A stretch of 64,000 bases of DNA from Octopus vulgaris (GCA_951406725.2 OX597821.1:118296001-118360000), one strand, 5' to 3'; numbered from the stretch's first letter, positions 39,571 through 52,748 are shown. Made by a program: numbers and translations. Notes: generated from the sequence alone by a model not told the origin.

Positions 39571-40994
39571 TTTATTCATTAAATTGGCCATAAAGGCCTT
39601 ACGAAGAAAGGAAGTTGCGAGCTGGACAAGGACATAATGAGATGAAATGGTAAACGATATGATAATAATGAGGGCAACAGCAACGCCCGCCGATTGTTGT
39701 TTACCTGAGTACATTGTTCTTATAAGTATCATATTGAGGCAACAAACCTCTTACGTAGTAAGACATCAAGGAGGCAATAAACCTTTTGCATTGAGAACAA
39801 GAAAGCCATAGTGAGGCAGTGAACCTCTTACACAAGTCAATTATAAATCAATGAAACAATACAAATGAGGCACTAAGCCTCTTACTTTAATTAAGTATAA
39901 ATCTTCCTGCCCGACTAGACTTCTTGCCTTGGTCAAACACCTGGACGGTGTCAAGTCCCGCTGCTTTAATGCAAAATTAAAAGTGCCCGACGGGAAGGAG
40001 TTCATTATCCTGCACAGATCCGTTTCTCATATGCTCTCCGCAGCCACCTGCGAAGGCCAGTCAGGGTCCTCCGTGCAGGATAGAATCCCCTCCCTTCGGC
40101 CTTTCCTTTTAAACCTCTTAATGAAGTTTTCTATTGTCCCTCCCTTATGGAAGAAGACCACAAACTCCTCCTCCACAGCATGGGAAGGATCTACAGTTTC
40201 CACCTTCGGTGGCACAACTCCCACGGAAGGTACTTCGAGACACGCCGGCATTGTATCACAAACCGTCGAGAAGCAAGCTTCTTACCATACAGTTACTCCT
40301 GCACCTTCAAGACATTTTATAAGCATTACCCACTGTTCTTGTCTCCGTGGCCCCAAGGCCATATTTAGTTCGACTGTTCGTCTTCGTCCACCGTCCTAAA
40401 TCATACGCTGTGTTGTTTTGCTTGTTTTGTTTTCTTTTATTTACTCTTATCCCTAATTCTCCGTAAGAAAACATTCTTTTAGGGGGCACCGCCAATTGGA
40501 AATTACTCAGTCTTACCGTTAAGGGTGCGAAACTGAATTATACCAGTTGGTCGATAACTGATGAAAAATTACGAACCTCCTGTTTGTGTTCCCATCATTT
40601 TTATATCCAGTATACGTTACATTGTTTGTTTATACATTTTTCACACACGCATACACAAACACACACACATACACACACATACGTGTGTGTATGTGTGCGT
40701 GTGTTTGTGCATTATGTGTGTGTAATTGTAAAATTTAAATTTTCAAAATTTATATTTCATTTATCTTTCTTTTGGTCGATGCTTGTCAAAGAGATCCACT
40801 AAGTTGCAACAGATGTTCTCATTATAACTTCTGTCATGATCGATAGTTGTAATTGATTGAAAACTGACAGAATCAATAAACAATCTGATTAATTAGATAT
40901 CCTAAAAGAGAATATGACCTGAACAACAAAATTTGACTAAAAAGAAAGAACAACAGTGCTGCTCTATTTAAACAATATTCTATCTGAAAAAGAC

Positions 40995-41600
40995 AGTGAA
41001 TTGGCAGAAGCGTTAGCACACCGGGCAAAATACTTAGTGGTAGTTCGTCTGCCGTTACGTTCTGAGTTCAAATTCTGCCGAGGTCGACTTTGACTTTCAT
41101 CCTTTCGGGGTCGATTAAATAAGTACTAGTTATGCACTGGGGTCGATATAGTCGACTTAATCCGTTTGTCTGTCCTTGTTTGACCTCTCTGTGTTTAGCC
41201 TCTTGTGGCTAGTAAAGAAATAGAAATAGGTATTTCGTCCGCCGCTGCATTCTGAGTTCAAATTCCACCGAGGTCGACTTTGTGTTTCATCCTTTCGGGG
41301 TGGATTAAATAAGTACCAGTTACGCATTGGGGTCGATATAATTGACTTAATCCGTTTGTCTGTCCTTGTTTGTCCTCTCTGTTTGTAGCCCCTTGTGGGC
41401 AGTAAAGAAATAAGAATCATTAGCACGCCGGGCGAAATGCTTAGTGGCAGATCACCTGTCTTTATGTTCTGAGTGCAATTTCCGCCGAGGTCGACTTTGC
41501 CTTTCATCCTTTCGGAGTCGATAAATGAAGTACCAGTTGCGTACTGGGGTTGATCTAATCGACTGCTCCCCCCCAACCAAATTTTAGGCCTTGTGTTTAG
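40995..41600 (+). mobile_element. tandem array of three SINE A units
   Basis: Junction gaaata|ggtatttcg at ~41229; the last unit has the C-rich tail variant. Confidence 0.85.
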
Positions 41601-41983
41601 AGTAGTAAAAAGAAAACAATATACTATCTGAAGATGTCAGATGCTTTTTATTTAGTTTAAATGAAGAGGAATGAGAACCTGATATATGCCGTTGAGTGAG
41701 GTGACAAATTCCCAGCTACAAACTGAAACCGGATTCTGAATTCGGTTCGTAGGTTACATCCGAATCTAAGTCATGTCAATGCATGCACATCACGACCTCT
41801 TATCTTCCTCTTCCCCTTAAAACTGAATATTCAGTGTAACGCAAAATATCTTCGTTACTTGGTTCTATTTTTCATTATCAACGATATGTTCTATGTGCAG
41901 ACATAGCTGTGGTTGGTAAAGAAATTCGGTTCTCAGTCATGTGGGTCTGTGTTCGAATTTTCAATGTTGCACCTAGAGTTGAA

Positions 41984-42845
41984 CGATGTTTTGCAAACAA
42001 CTTGCACATGCGCAGGAGTGGCTGTGTAGTAAGTAGCTTGCTTACCAACCACATGGTTCCGGGTTCAGTCCCACTGTGTGGCACCTTGGGCAAGTGTCTT
42101 CTACTATAGTCTCGGGACGACCAAAGCCTTGTGAGTGGATTTGGTAGGCGGAAACAGAAAGAAGCCCGTCGTATAGATGTATATATATATATGTATGTGT
42201 GTGTATATGTTTGTATCTGTGTTTGTCCTCCCAACATCGCTTGAAAACCGATGCTGATGTGTTTACGTCCCCGTAATCTAGCGGTTCGGCAAAAAGAGAC
42301 CGATAGAATAAGTACTAGGCTTACAAAGAATGAGTCCTAGGGTGGATTTGTTCGACTAAATGCGGTGCTCCAGCATGGCCACAATCAAATGACTGAAACA
42401 AGTAAAAAGGTAAAAAGTAAGTAAAAGTATGCAAGTGCTATCAGTCGAAAGCTCCGCATACCGGAAACAATCAAGTGTATGGAGTTATCAAGATGTAGAG
42501 GATTTGTCAGACACAGTGTGAGGCGACTGCTGTTATCGTTAGGCCTAACTCATCGTAGGTAAATAACACCATGAACGATATCCAAACTACAGTGGAAATG
42601 GCTAGCCACTGGATTTGATTAAAAAGAGGCGATGAGCAATGGCTAGAAGAATATTGAGCTATTTGATAACCAGTTGATCTAGCAAGCGGGGCCTCATGTC
42701 AGTGAGGGGAGCCGGTGTGCAATGATGCCGTTGTGAGTTAGGCCCCGAAACGGTGCGCGTTCTCTCCTGATACGCTTGCTGGCTTCCGGTATACGGAGCT
42801 TTCGACTCGTAGTACTTGCATGTCCAAGTTGTTTGCAAAACATCT
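41984..42845. mobile_element. palindromic element with long inverted arms; left arm split by a SINE B
   Basis: gatgttttgcaaacaacttgcacatgc|aagtgcta..agtcgaaagctccgcataccggaa versus ttccggtatacggagctttcgact..tagtacttgcatgtccaagttgtttgcaaaacatc. Confidence 0.75.
42011..42427 (+). mobile_element. SINE family B, full length
   Basis: gcaggagtggctgtgtagtaag ... gactgaaacaagtaaaaagg. Confidence 0.9.
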
Positions 42846-43557
42846 AAGTTACAGGGACGTAAACACACCAACACTATTTGTCAAGCGTTGACTGGGGGTA
42901 CAAACACATACACAAATGCACACACACACTCACACGTATATATATATATATATATACATACATACACACACACAGGGTGGAGCAGAGAGGACTGACGTTT
43001 ATGAAAAAGTCGCAAAATCATTAATATTAGCTGCAAACAAATTTTATTGACATTAGTGCGTTCGTTTTGAATTAACATTTGTCAAAATCAAGTGAGGAAA
43101 ACAACATCCATCATGTGGTGTCCGTTTTCATTGGTGCATTTCTGATAGCGTTCTTGGAAGTTGACCGCGAGTGGCGCCCCCACCGGTTTCCTATTCATTA
43201 GTGTACCTCGTGTACGAAGTGCATTCACTCAACGTAAAGTAGTGTTACATTTGGGAACAGCCTGATTTCGGTGAATGTTGAAGTGGCGCCAAAAGTCCCG
43301 CTGAACTGCTATGGCAGACTCGTTATACTTCTCGTAACTGTCGTAGGCAATCACGCTATTATCTATCGTTGACAGCGCCATGGCTTCACTTGAAAAGAAA
43401 AAAAACTTAGACACCACAGACCAAATTGTACCTGTCTGACCTACTTTGTATATATACATACGACGGGCCTCTTTCAGTTTCCGTCTACCAAATCCACACA
43501 CGAGGTTTTGGTTAGCCCGAGGCTATAGTAGAAAACATTTGTCCAAGGTGCCGCACC
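42846..43557 (-). mobile_element. SINE family B interrupted by a DNA transposon remnant
   Basis: Halves at 42846-42970 and 43447-43557. Confidence 0.75.
42973..43445 (-). mobile_element. internally deleted Tc1/mariner-superfamily element (DUF4817-type HTH)
   Basis: N-terminal YEKYNESAIAVQRDFWRHFNIHRNQAVP joined to C-terminal NFQERYQKCTNENGHHMMDVVF*; cagggtg end. Confidence 0.7.
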
Positions 43558-44191
43558 ATATATGATCATTATTATTATTCCGCTCTTTGTGACTTAAAGT
43601 TTCGCAGGCTTCTAACTGATGCTGTTCTCCTTCAGGCTCAGATTACCGAATGAAGAAATATAGGAAGATGGCTACTGGAAGATGACTGCTATTTGTTAGA
43701 GCAGATCACATGAGATTGTTGGAAGTAAGATTAGAAAGAATACATTAGATACATTAGATACATTAGAAAGGAACATGTTTTGAACAGCTTGGCTGGACGG
43801 GAAGGTGGCGGTGTCATGGTGTCTGTTGGGCCTCTGTGGGAACTTGAAAGCAAACAGAACCAGGACCGGCTGGAGAAAATATTTCTCTGTGTACCAGGCG
43901 TATGAGTACGTGGATGTAGGTGTGTTATTGGTTGTATGAGTATGTGTGTATATACATATGTATGTATGTGTGTATGTGTGTGTGTATGTGCGTGTGTGCC
44001 TACGAATACATGTGTTAGTGCATTCTGTATGCGCGTGCGCGAGCGTGTTAAGGATGCATGTAAGGGTAAGTGTGTGTAAGGATGTACATTCTTGCATTTG
44101 TTTATAAACGTACGTGTGCCTGCTCGTTTGCCTGAAAAATATCTGCGCGCATGCGTGTGTTTTTGTCTTGTGTCACTCGTGTGTATATACG

Positions 44192-44229
<38 letters not shown>

Positions 44230-44479
44230 TATATTCATGTTTTTGGCATTAATGCGTGTGGGTGGGATAGATGTATATTAGCGTAGTTGCGTCAGCATTG
44301 CCGGGATGGAGTAACAGGCGTTGGTTTGAGGTTTGGGGATGTGGGGGGATGAGAAAGGGGAAGTATTCGTAGAGGTGTGTGTATGTATGTAAGCGTGTAT
44401 GTGTGTGTGTTTATGTGTGCGCGTATAGGTCTGTGTAGATAAATCTATCCCTTTGTGGGTGAGTTTGCGTGCCACACCT

Positions 44480-45350
44480 CGTTTGTGGAAGTGAATATAG
44501 GTATACAGGGGCTGTAACGGTTTGGAGGGGTTGGTCTGCAGTCTGCGTAAGCATCGTTGGATAAGAAATCTATCCAACGATGCCTACGGGCAGCCAGTGG
44601 TTTGAAGTTGATCAGGAGGTAGTAATAAGATAGTTCGTATTTCTTGCTAATAGATAATGTAGGTTGGTGGACGATGTGCAATATTCCACGGAGACAGTTG
44701 GCAATTGCGGGTACAATATGTGTAGGGTTAAATCTGTAGACTATAGCCCTTGAGAGGTAAGATCGTCCTAGAGGGCAGCTGGTAGCATTTCAGCCGTTAC
44801 GAGTCCGGGTTAGAGACGGTGCAGGTGCATGTTTGCATCTATTTTACACGTATAATGTTAGATGCGATTTTATCTAAGTAGGAGTAGCGCATCTTGATGT
44901 TATGTGGGTTGGAAAGCGTATAGTACTTGTAGCCCCCGAAGAAATACTTCATAATCAACGACAGGAAATTCCCATCTAGTTGGTGAAAACTTTTAAGTTA
45001 CATGGAGGGTTGACTATCTTTCCCTTTTTGCTCCTCTTCAAGTGCGAATTTCCTTCACATATGGTAGCTTCTCAGTAAACCCACTCGTCGCCAATGCATT
45101 ATTGTAGTGGGGAGAGGTCTTGGATATGGAGAAAGCTTGAATATTCTTCTGCTAACGCCTGAAACTGGATTGGGCTTCTAGCTACAGTGGGAGTCAGGGT
45201 GGTGATAGAAACTTATGTGGAAGTACACAGTTTCTTTTTTGGCCTCCTTGTAAGGGTATAACTTGTCCGTTTCCTGGTTTAGGGTCACCTTTAGGAAATT
45301 GAGCGAGGTCAAGTTGGCAGGAACTGTTATGGACAGCCAAATTCTGTGGA
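44480..45350 (-). pseudogene. decayed Penelope-like element, RT C-terminal region
   Basis: Minus-strand peptides FLKVTLNQETDKLYPYKEAKKETVYFH and FLSLIMKYF...YYTLSNPHNIKMRYSY are typical of PLE RT thumb/linker. Confidence 0.6.
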
Positions 45351-45717
45351 TATTTTTGTCTGTGAGTGCGTTGTTTCCCTTCTTTTTCCCTTTACCACTT
45401 GTATTTCGATAAAATGATGCATGATGTAATTTTATAAAAATAGGAACGCAGGATCTCCTCGCTTATATTTCGAATTTCTGTGTTTCTGGATTTTATTCAA
45501 TTTCTGTGTTTCTGCCTTATATTTTCTTTCATTTTACATTTTGAACCTGACGAATGAAGACGATCTAATGAAATATTGTTGAAACCGTGAAGTAAAGACT
45601 CTATTACAAACCGAGTCCTGCTCCGCTTATTCTTTACTATTATTACAAGTTCGATGTAACCGACAAGCACCAACCACTCTCAACAAAATTTCAGGCCTTG
45701 TGCATATAGAAGAAAGG

Positions 45718-45728
45718 ATTATTATTAC

Positions 45729-45794
<66 letters not shown>

Positions 45795-45850
45795 CATCAT
45801 CATTGTTGTTGTTGTTGTCGTTGTTGTTGTTGTTTGTTGTTGTTGTTGTC
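45718..45850. repeat. (ATT)n/(GTT)n microsatellite
   Basis: Direct reading. Confidence 0.95.
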
Positions 45851-46195
45851 TTTTATTATTTTATTTGTTTCAGTCATATGACTGCGGTCATGCTGGAGCA
45901 CCGCCTTTAGTCGAACAAATCGACCCCAAGGCTTATTCTTTGTAAGCCTAGTACTTAATCTATCGGTCATTTTTGTTGACTCGCTATGTTACGGGGCACA
46001 TAAACAGACTAGCATCGGTTGTCAAGTGATGGTGGGGGGATAAACACATATACAAACATATACATACATAATACATACATACATACATAGATACATATAC
46101 CATGGGCTTCTTTCAGCTGTCATCTACCAAATCCGTTGACAAGGCTTTGGTCGGTCCGAGGCTATAGTAGAAGACACTTGCCCAGGATGCCACAC
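45850..46195 (-). mobile_element. SINE family B
   Basis: Family B match. Confidence 0.8.
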
Positions 46196-47586
46196 AATAA
46201 GCAACATGCTAATTTTGAATATCTCAGTCATTCTGTTGCACTTGGTGGTATTCATGTTCAATTGTTTAAAGCGGAGTAGAATAATTGCAGCCTGAAATTC
46301 CGGTCCTAAAATTTAAATCAGAACTGTGCATAGTCCTTCAGTATATAATCAGAAATATAATTAACATATTTAATATATAATTAGCATATAATTAGCAATA
46401 TAATTAACCTGGCTGTACTAAAACTCCATAATTGATTAGCTCATAGAATTAATGAGGAGGGAGAGTATATTTCACGCGTTGGAGAGTGTGATATGGTAAC
46501 ATGTAAAAGGGTTTTGCTACTAGTTTTTGGCATCTCTATAGTCACAAAGAAACGTAGACACTCCCTTGGTCTTATCGCACAAGATCCAGAGGAACAGCGA
46601 CGAAGTATTAGACAGGGAATGAGAGCAGGCTATACTCACACTAATTTCACCCGCGTAAGATGAAACTATGTAATGAAGGATTCAACACATCAAATGTCAA
46701 GGGATCGAAAGAACGATCTTATGATGTTCAGATGAACCTACCAGTCACCAAGCCATGCCCCTACATGAGGTTTATGCAGACATGAAAATAATTACTTATA
46801 AAATACATTTGCTTCTCACTCACTCAGCATCTCTCTTTGTATCTGTGCCTATACGTGTTCCTTTATAATCTTAAACGTACTCACAAGTGCTCAGTATGCG
46901 TGTTGATACGCACTGCCTGTTGTATTTCATTAGAAAACTATTCAATTGCGATGAAAACTAGAAAATTAATGAGTAAAGAATAAGTGCAAAAGAACCGTAG
47001 TAGCAGACATTTTGACATTTGACATTTTATTTCCACATACTAAACATAGCGGCAAAAGAGGGTCTTGGGTTCCAGTCCATGTGAAACCAAGGCTTAAATA
47101 ACTTGCATCGTACTTTCGAGTAGGCTGCGGTTTCAGTTTCTTATTTGCTTCACTTCAGTTTTGCTCACTTCTAGGTTCACATTCATCAACATCACACTTC
47201 TTTTTAATAAGAAACCTACCCATTTTGTATGGGTTTAGATTTTTGCAAGTGAAAACAACAACACTTCCACTCTGAACGCCTGTTTAACACAATAAAAACA
47301 CCACGTCTGCTACCATCGCCTGCAAGTACCACACTGCCGCCTGCAAGTTCCACACTGCCGCCTGCTTGGCTGTTGTAGAGTCGTTGAAATCTCGTTTAAA
47401 ACATGTTTGCAACGCGTATCGAACCTACGTGCAGGCCTGAAGCTAGCTGTTTGTTGCAAAGAAGAGTGCTGTTGTTATTCTTTTTGCCTTGACGGAAATA
47501 CAAGTATATCCATCATGTTAACGTAATGGTGGACAGGTCAGTTTTAGCTTCCCTACTATTATAATGTAAACCTTTTTGAAGTCATA

Positions 47587-48012
47587 ATATTCTGTGCGTG
47601 TATACCAATATTCCACTGAACTTTTTAATAATTCCTTCTGGAAATTATCTTGAGAATGTATAATATATTTGTTGTAATCTTTTCTGCCCAATATTTCAAT
47701 GAACTTGTTAAACTTTTTTATGTTCTTAACATGCTCTTGTCACCAAAGAATGTATATATATGTATTGTAGTACTCTGTGTCAACCAATATTCTGTGCGTG
47801 TTTGAAAGTACAGATACAATACCAATATCCTACTGAACTTTTTAATAATTCCTTCTGGAAACTATCTTTAACATGTTCTTGAGAATGATTATTTATGTTG
47901 TAATCTTTTGTGCCCTATATTTTAAGGAACTTGTTAAACTTTTTTATGTCTTTAACATGTCCTTGTTACCAAAGACTGTATATATGTAATGTAGCATTTT
48001 GTAACAACCAAT
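47587..48012. repeat. ~200-bp diverged tandem duplication
   Basis: aatattctgtgcgtgt...ctgaactttttaataattccttctggaa...gaacttgttaaactttttt at ~47587 and ~47787. Confidence 0.8.
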
Positions 48013-48165
48013 AATTAAAGCAACCAAACTTCTACATGTTACTTTTGACAATCTTTTTCCAAAGAGTGAAACCGGTAGTAAATAAACATTTTTTAAAATT
48101 GCATTTTCAAACCTTCTTTCGTATATAATTCCACTCGTGCGGTACCCTACAACTCCACTTTATTA

Positions 48166-48202
<37 letters not shown>

Positions 48203-48363
48203 CAATAATAATATTAGGGAGTACTTATATATTGATCATTCATTTTTATACATTTTGAGATCTAGTTATATGTTTTATAAAAATATATTTTATTTGTTAT
48301 TCATGTTTTGGTTTATGTCTATCACTGTTTGAGTTGCATAATAGTGGTTTTATCTCTAATGTA

Positions 48364-48422
<59 letters not shown>

Positions 48423-48825
48423 TATTTTTATGCCATCTTATATTCTTTTCAAATTTTTGGAAATGTTAGTAATTATATATATATATATATATATTACAAG
48501 GTTTTTAAATAAATGTACATATTATAGAAATATTTATCTTACTTTTTAGACCTTAATCTTTGGTTTTGATTCAATAGAATATTTATACCGGACGATAGCT
48601 GAATTTTATTAAAGATTCATTGTTGAATAGTTTTACTCTGACCGCCTTAACATTATGCTAGAAATAAGCATTATGGGGTTTCTTTTTATATAAAAGTTCC
48701 TCATCTTATGACGTCCATTGTTTTATCTATCCTTCTTCTCTTACTGAATCCTGAAATCCTTTTCAAAATTTCTGTTAATAGGTAAATTTTACTAAGTTTA
48801 GATGCACATTTTCCATTATATATAA

Positions 48826-51759
48826 GTCCTACCTCTGGTCGCATGCTGTAGTGCTGAAAGGGAAAGTGAATCGAGGGCGAATCGAAGTAAAGTAGACACC
48901 CCCGACAACGATGCTATCTCTGATACCCCTTATTCTGCTTGTTCCCTAATTCCCGCCCCTCAAACTTCACAGCTCAGCATCGTCTATACCAACTCGTGCT
49001 CCTTATTTCCTAAGTTCAGCGAATTATTTACACTGGCCATGCATGATTCCCCAGATGTGATAGCTATCACCGAGACTTGGCTGACTCCAGCAGTAAAGGA
49101 CTCGGAATTCCACCTACAGGGCTACGCCCTCTTCAGATGTGACAGAGAAAAAGGGCGAGGTGGAGGTGTTGCTGTGTATGTTAAATCTGATCTCAAACCG
49201 TCCAGCAGTATTCTACTCACTAATGCTCAACCTACAACAAAATTCGATGCCGTCTATTGCAAGCTGAGCCTATCCGGGTTTTGCCTGCCCGTGTTAGCTG
49301 TCTACAGGCCGCCTCTTGCCGACCCCCAGGACGATGCTCATTTACTCGAAGCGATAAGATTCGTTTCAGCTTCTCATGACTGTTTGATATTAGGAGACTT
49401 CAACGCTCCCACGATCGACGGGCCCGCATCAATTTGTACATCATATTCCCGGTTCGGCCGGGCCCTTCTTGACGTGGCTGAAGATTGTTTTCTATCGGAA
49501 CATGTTGAATATCCGACAAGGCATCGGTCTGGGCAGCAGCCATCTATGCTGGATCTGGTATACTCCCGCTATCCAAGATCAGTGTCAGACGTATGTGTGC
49601 GCCCCTCTTGCCAAGAGTGATCATGCGGTCCTGAAGTTCGACATGCACACAACTTTTTCTACGCCCACGACTACTTCGCTGCCACGTAGAGTATTCTCTG
49701 CAATCAATCTTGAAATTCTAACCGAGACTTCCGCGCTTCTGAACTGGCGATCCCTGATGACGATGTCTTCAGTTGACGAACTATGGTCGTCCCTCAAGGC
49801 ATATGTAATCTGGTTGATTGACCAAGCAGTTCCCATTGGGCTTCCCAAGAAGAAGAAACACAAGCCCTGGGTGACGAAGAAGGTTAAACGAGAACTTAGA
49901 CTCAGAGCTTGGGTTGAATTCAAAAATCTAGATTCGACTGCAGCTTTTGAGTTGTACAAAACTCAACAAGACCGAGCCGTGAAAATTGAAAAGGAAGAAC
50001 GCTTCAGATATGAATACAGAATCGTGGCAAACGCAAGTCGCAATCCAAAACCCTTCTTTGCCCATGTCCAACGGAATTCCCGCTTGAACAACCGAATTGC
50101 AACGTTGGTAGACTCAACAGGCGTATCGATTAAGGACCCTTATCAGCATATCAGCAGAGTCAGTTATTTGCCAAGGCTTTTTCAACAATTTTCAAACAAG
50201 ATGATGGTCGTGAACCCCCTCCATTTGATAGATCGGTACCTCCAATGCCTAGATTGGTCATCACTCGGGACGAAGTCGAGCGCGTTATTCAAGGCCTCGA
50301 TGTCAACTAGGGTCACGGCCCTGATGGCATACACCCACAGGTTATCAAAGCGTTGGCTCCGGTCATCTGCGAACCTTTAACACTTGTATTCAACATGTCA
50401 TTGGCGACGGGTGTTATACCTGCGGACTGGAGAACAGCGATAATCTGCCCAATTTTCAAGAAAGGGAGCCGCAAAGACCCGCTTAACTACCGACCGGTTT
50501 CCCTTACTTCAATAATCAGCAAGATGTTCGAAACCATCCTTAAGAAAAGTATGTTGCTCCACCTCCAAAACACAGCCTCTATCTCTGATTCCCAACACAG
50601 CTTCGTGCCGAAGAGATCATGCTTGACCAACTTACTGGTAATGGAAGAATTGGTGACGCGTATTCTGGATGATGGTGATGCTGTTGACATCGTTCTATTG
50701 GACTTTGCCAAAGCTTTTGACTCGGTTAACCATCGCCTATTACTTGTCAAGCTTCAAGCATATAGTTTCCATCCGGATATTGTACGATGGGTTGGTGCCT
50801 TCCTCTCAGATCGCTTCTTCCAAGTCCAAGTTAATGGTTCGCTGTCCGACGTCTCCAGTGCGAGCAGTGGCGTGCCTCAAGGTTCAGTGCTTGGGCCCTT
50901 ATTGTTTTTAGTCTTCATAAATGACTTGCCCGACGACCTCACGCAACACACCCTTCTGTTTGCCGATGATGTCAAACTGGTCGCTCCTCGCGGTGATATA
51001 GATGATCTTCGTCGATGCCTCCACCAAGTTTGGAGATGGTCTAACGAATGGGACCTGTGTCTGAACGTGTCAAAGTGCTGTCATCTGCCTGTTGGCTCTT
51101 CTCCTGCAACTCAACTTGATTTCGAGCAGGGTCGTCTGCTGCTGGAGAGGACCGACCAGGTAAAGGACCTGGGTATCTTGGTGAATTCTTCCTTTTCGCC
51201 TTCGGCCCAGTGCGTTCATGCTACCAACAAAGCACGCGGAGTTCTGTTTTTGATTCGACGGTCATTCGGAATGCTCACAGTAGCCATAGTCCTACCGCTC
51301 TATGTCACGCTGGTGAGACCCATATTGGAGTACGGGGTTGAAGCCTCATCTCCTTATCTCCTCAAAGACATACATTATCTCGAAAGAGTCCAGAAGCTGG
51401 CTACCCGCATGGTTCTTGGTCTCAAGCATTTGTCTTATGAAGAAAGGCTGAAGACGCTCGACATTTATTCTCTAGAAAAACGACGACGCCGTGGTGATCT
51501 CATTCTTGTTCACAACATCATAAGCGGAAAGTGTAACCTCTCGAAAGAGCTGTTCTTCACTCCTGCTCCAGAGCGTAGACTACGGGGTCACTCCGAAAAG
51601 CTCTATCTGCGACGATTTCATCTCAATCGAAGGAGAGGGGCTTTCTCCGTCCGAGTTACGGATCCGTGGAATAATCTGCCGGACGAGATAGTGAAGATGC
51701 CGACGACCGCTCGGTTCAAAGCCTCTCTTGACCAGAAATGGCCTGAACTCTTTGCATGA
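48826..51759 (+). pseudogene. APE endonuclease-reverse transcriptase ORF2, disrupted
   Basis: YTNSCSL, AITETWL, GDFNAP, SDHA (APE); NYRPVSLTS, LDFAKAFD, GVPQGSVLGPLLF, LFADD (RT); CR1-type YEERLKTL...RGDLI...RGHSEKL. Frameshifts near 49605 and 50140; stop at ~50308. Confidence 0.92.
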
Positions 51760-51835
51760 ACACCCCTGTACATAACTCCATGTCCCCCTACATAGCCTTG
51801 CTTTTTGCTTTTTGAGCCAAAAAATGAACTTAACT
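48826..51835 (+). mobile_element. CR1-clade LINE, ORF2 nearly complete, ORF1 absent
   Basis: GC-rich island; 3' UTR ends aacttaacta. Confidence 0.9.
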
Positions 51836-52210
51836 ATTCTTCTGTCGCTCTAAATTATAGTAGGCTTTAGGTATTCTTTTCCTAAATTTATTCTACTACA
51901 GAAATAGCAAAAAGGAGCAATGTATTTTAGTCTCTAGTACTGATAAAAAAATTTCTAAAAAATTTAATGTAGTATCCTGTATGTAGGGAAGTCAATATGG
52001 TCATACGCATCCGAGGAGTGCAGTTTATTTCAAACTCATGTAATGTTTGCATTGATCGAGTAAATGGAGCTGCTTGAAGCGGCCGTAATGCCTGCACATC
52101 GTTATTACTTATTAGTTTTTTATACATCTAACTTCGAACTGTGCAGACAATACTGGGCAGATTTGGTGCCTCACCTTAAGTACCTAATTCAACTCAACCT
52201 CAATTATATA

Positions 52211-52241
<31 letters not shown>

Positions 52242-52713
52242 CATAGTAGGGAATATAATTCCAAAACTTACAGGGAAAAATTCAATTTAACAATTATAAA
52301 TCAAATTTCACAATATATATTATATGTATATAATTTAGAGAAAAACCACGAATTTTTTATATATTTCTTTGATAATTAGTATAAGTTAAGATAAATACAT
52401 TTATTCTACTATTATTATTGTTTATTTATTATTATTTATTATCTTAGACCTGATGAGTGACTATATTTTTAAATAGAATTAATTTTAGTACGATTTAATT
52501 TTGAATCGAATTGATATTATTATTATTATTATGTATTTGAAAATAAAGCCATAAAACGTGCGTAGTCTTTTTACTACTGTTTACTATTTGTTGTACTTTA
52601 TTAATTTAAAATAAGTTTTTTTTTATAGTATATGTTTTCGATATGGTGTGAATAACATCTTTCTTTATTGAATTGTTTAATAGTGGTTTTTCTCTAAATT
52701 ATGTATATATACA

Positions 52714-52748
<35 letters not shown>

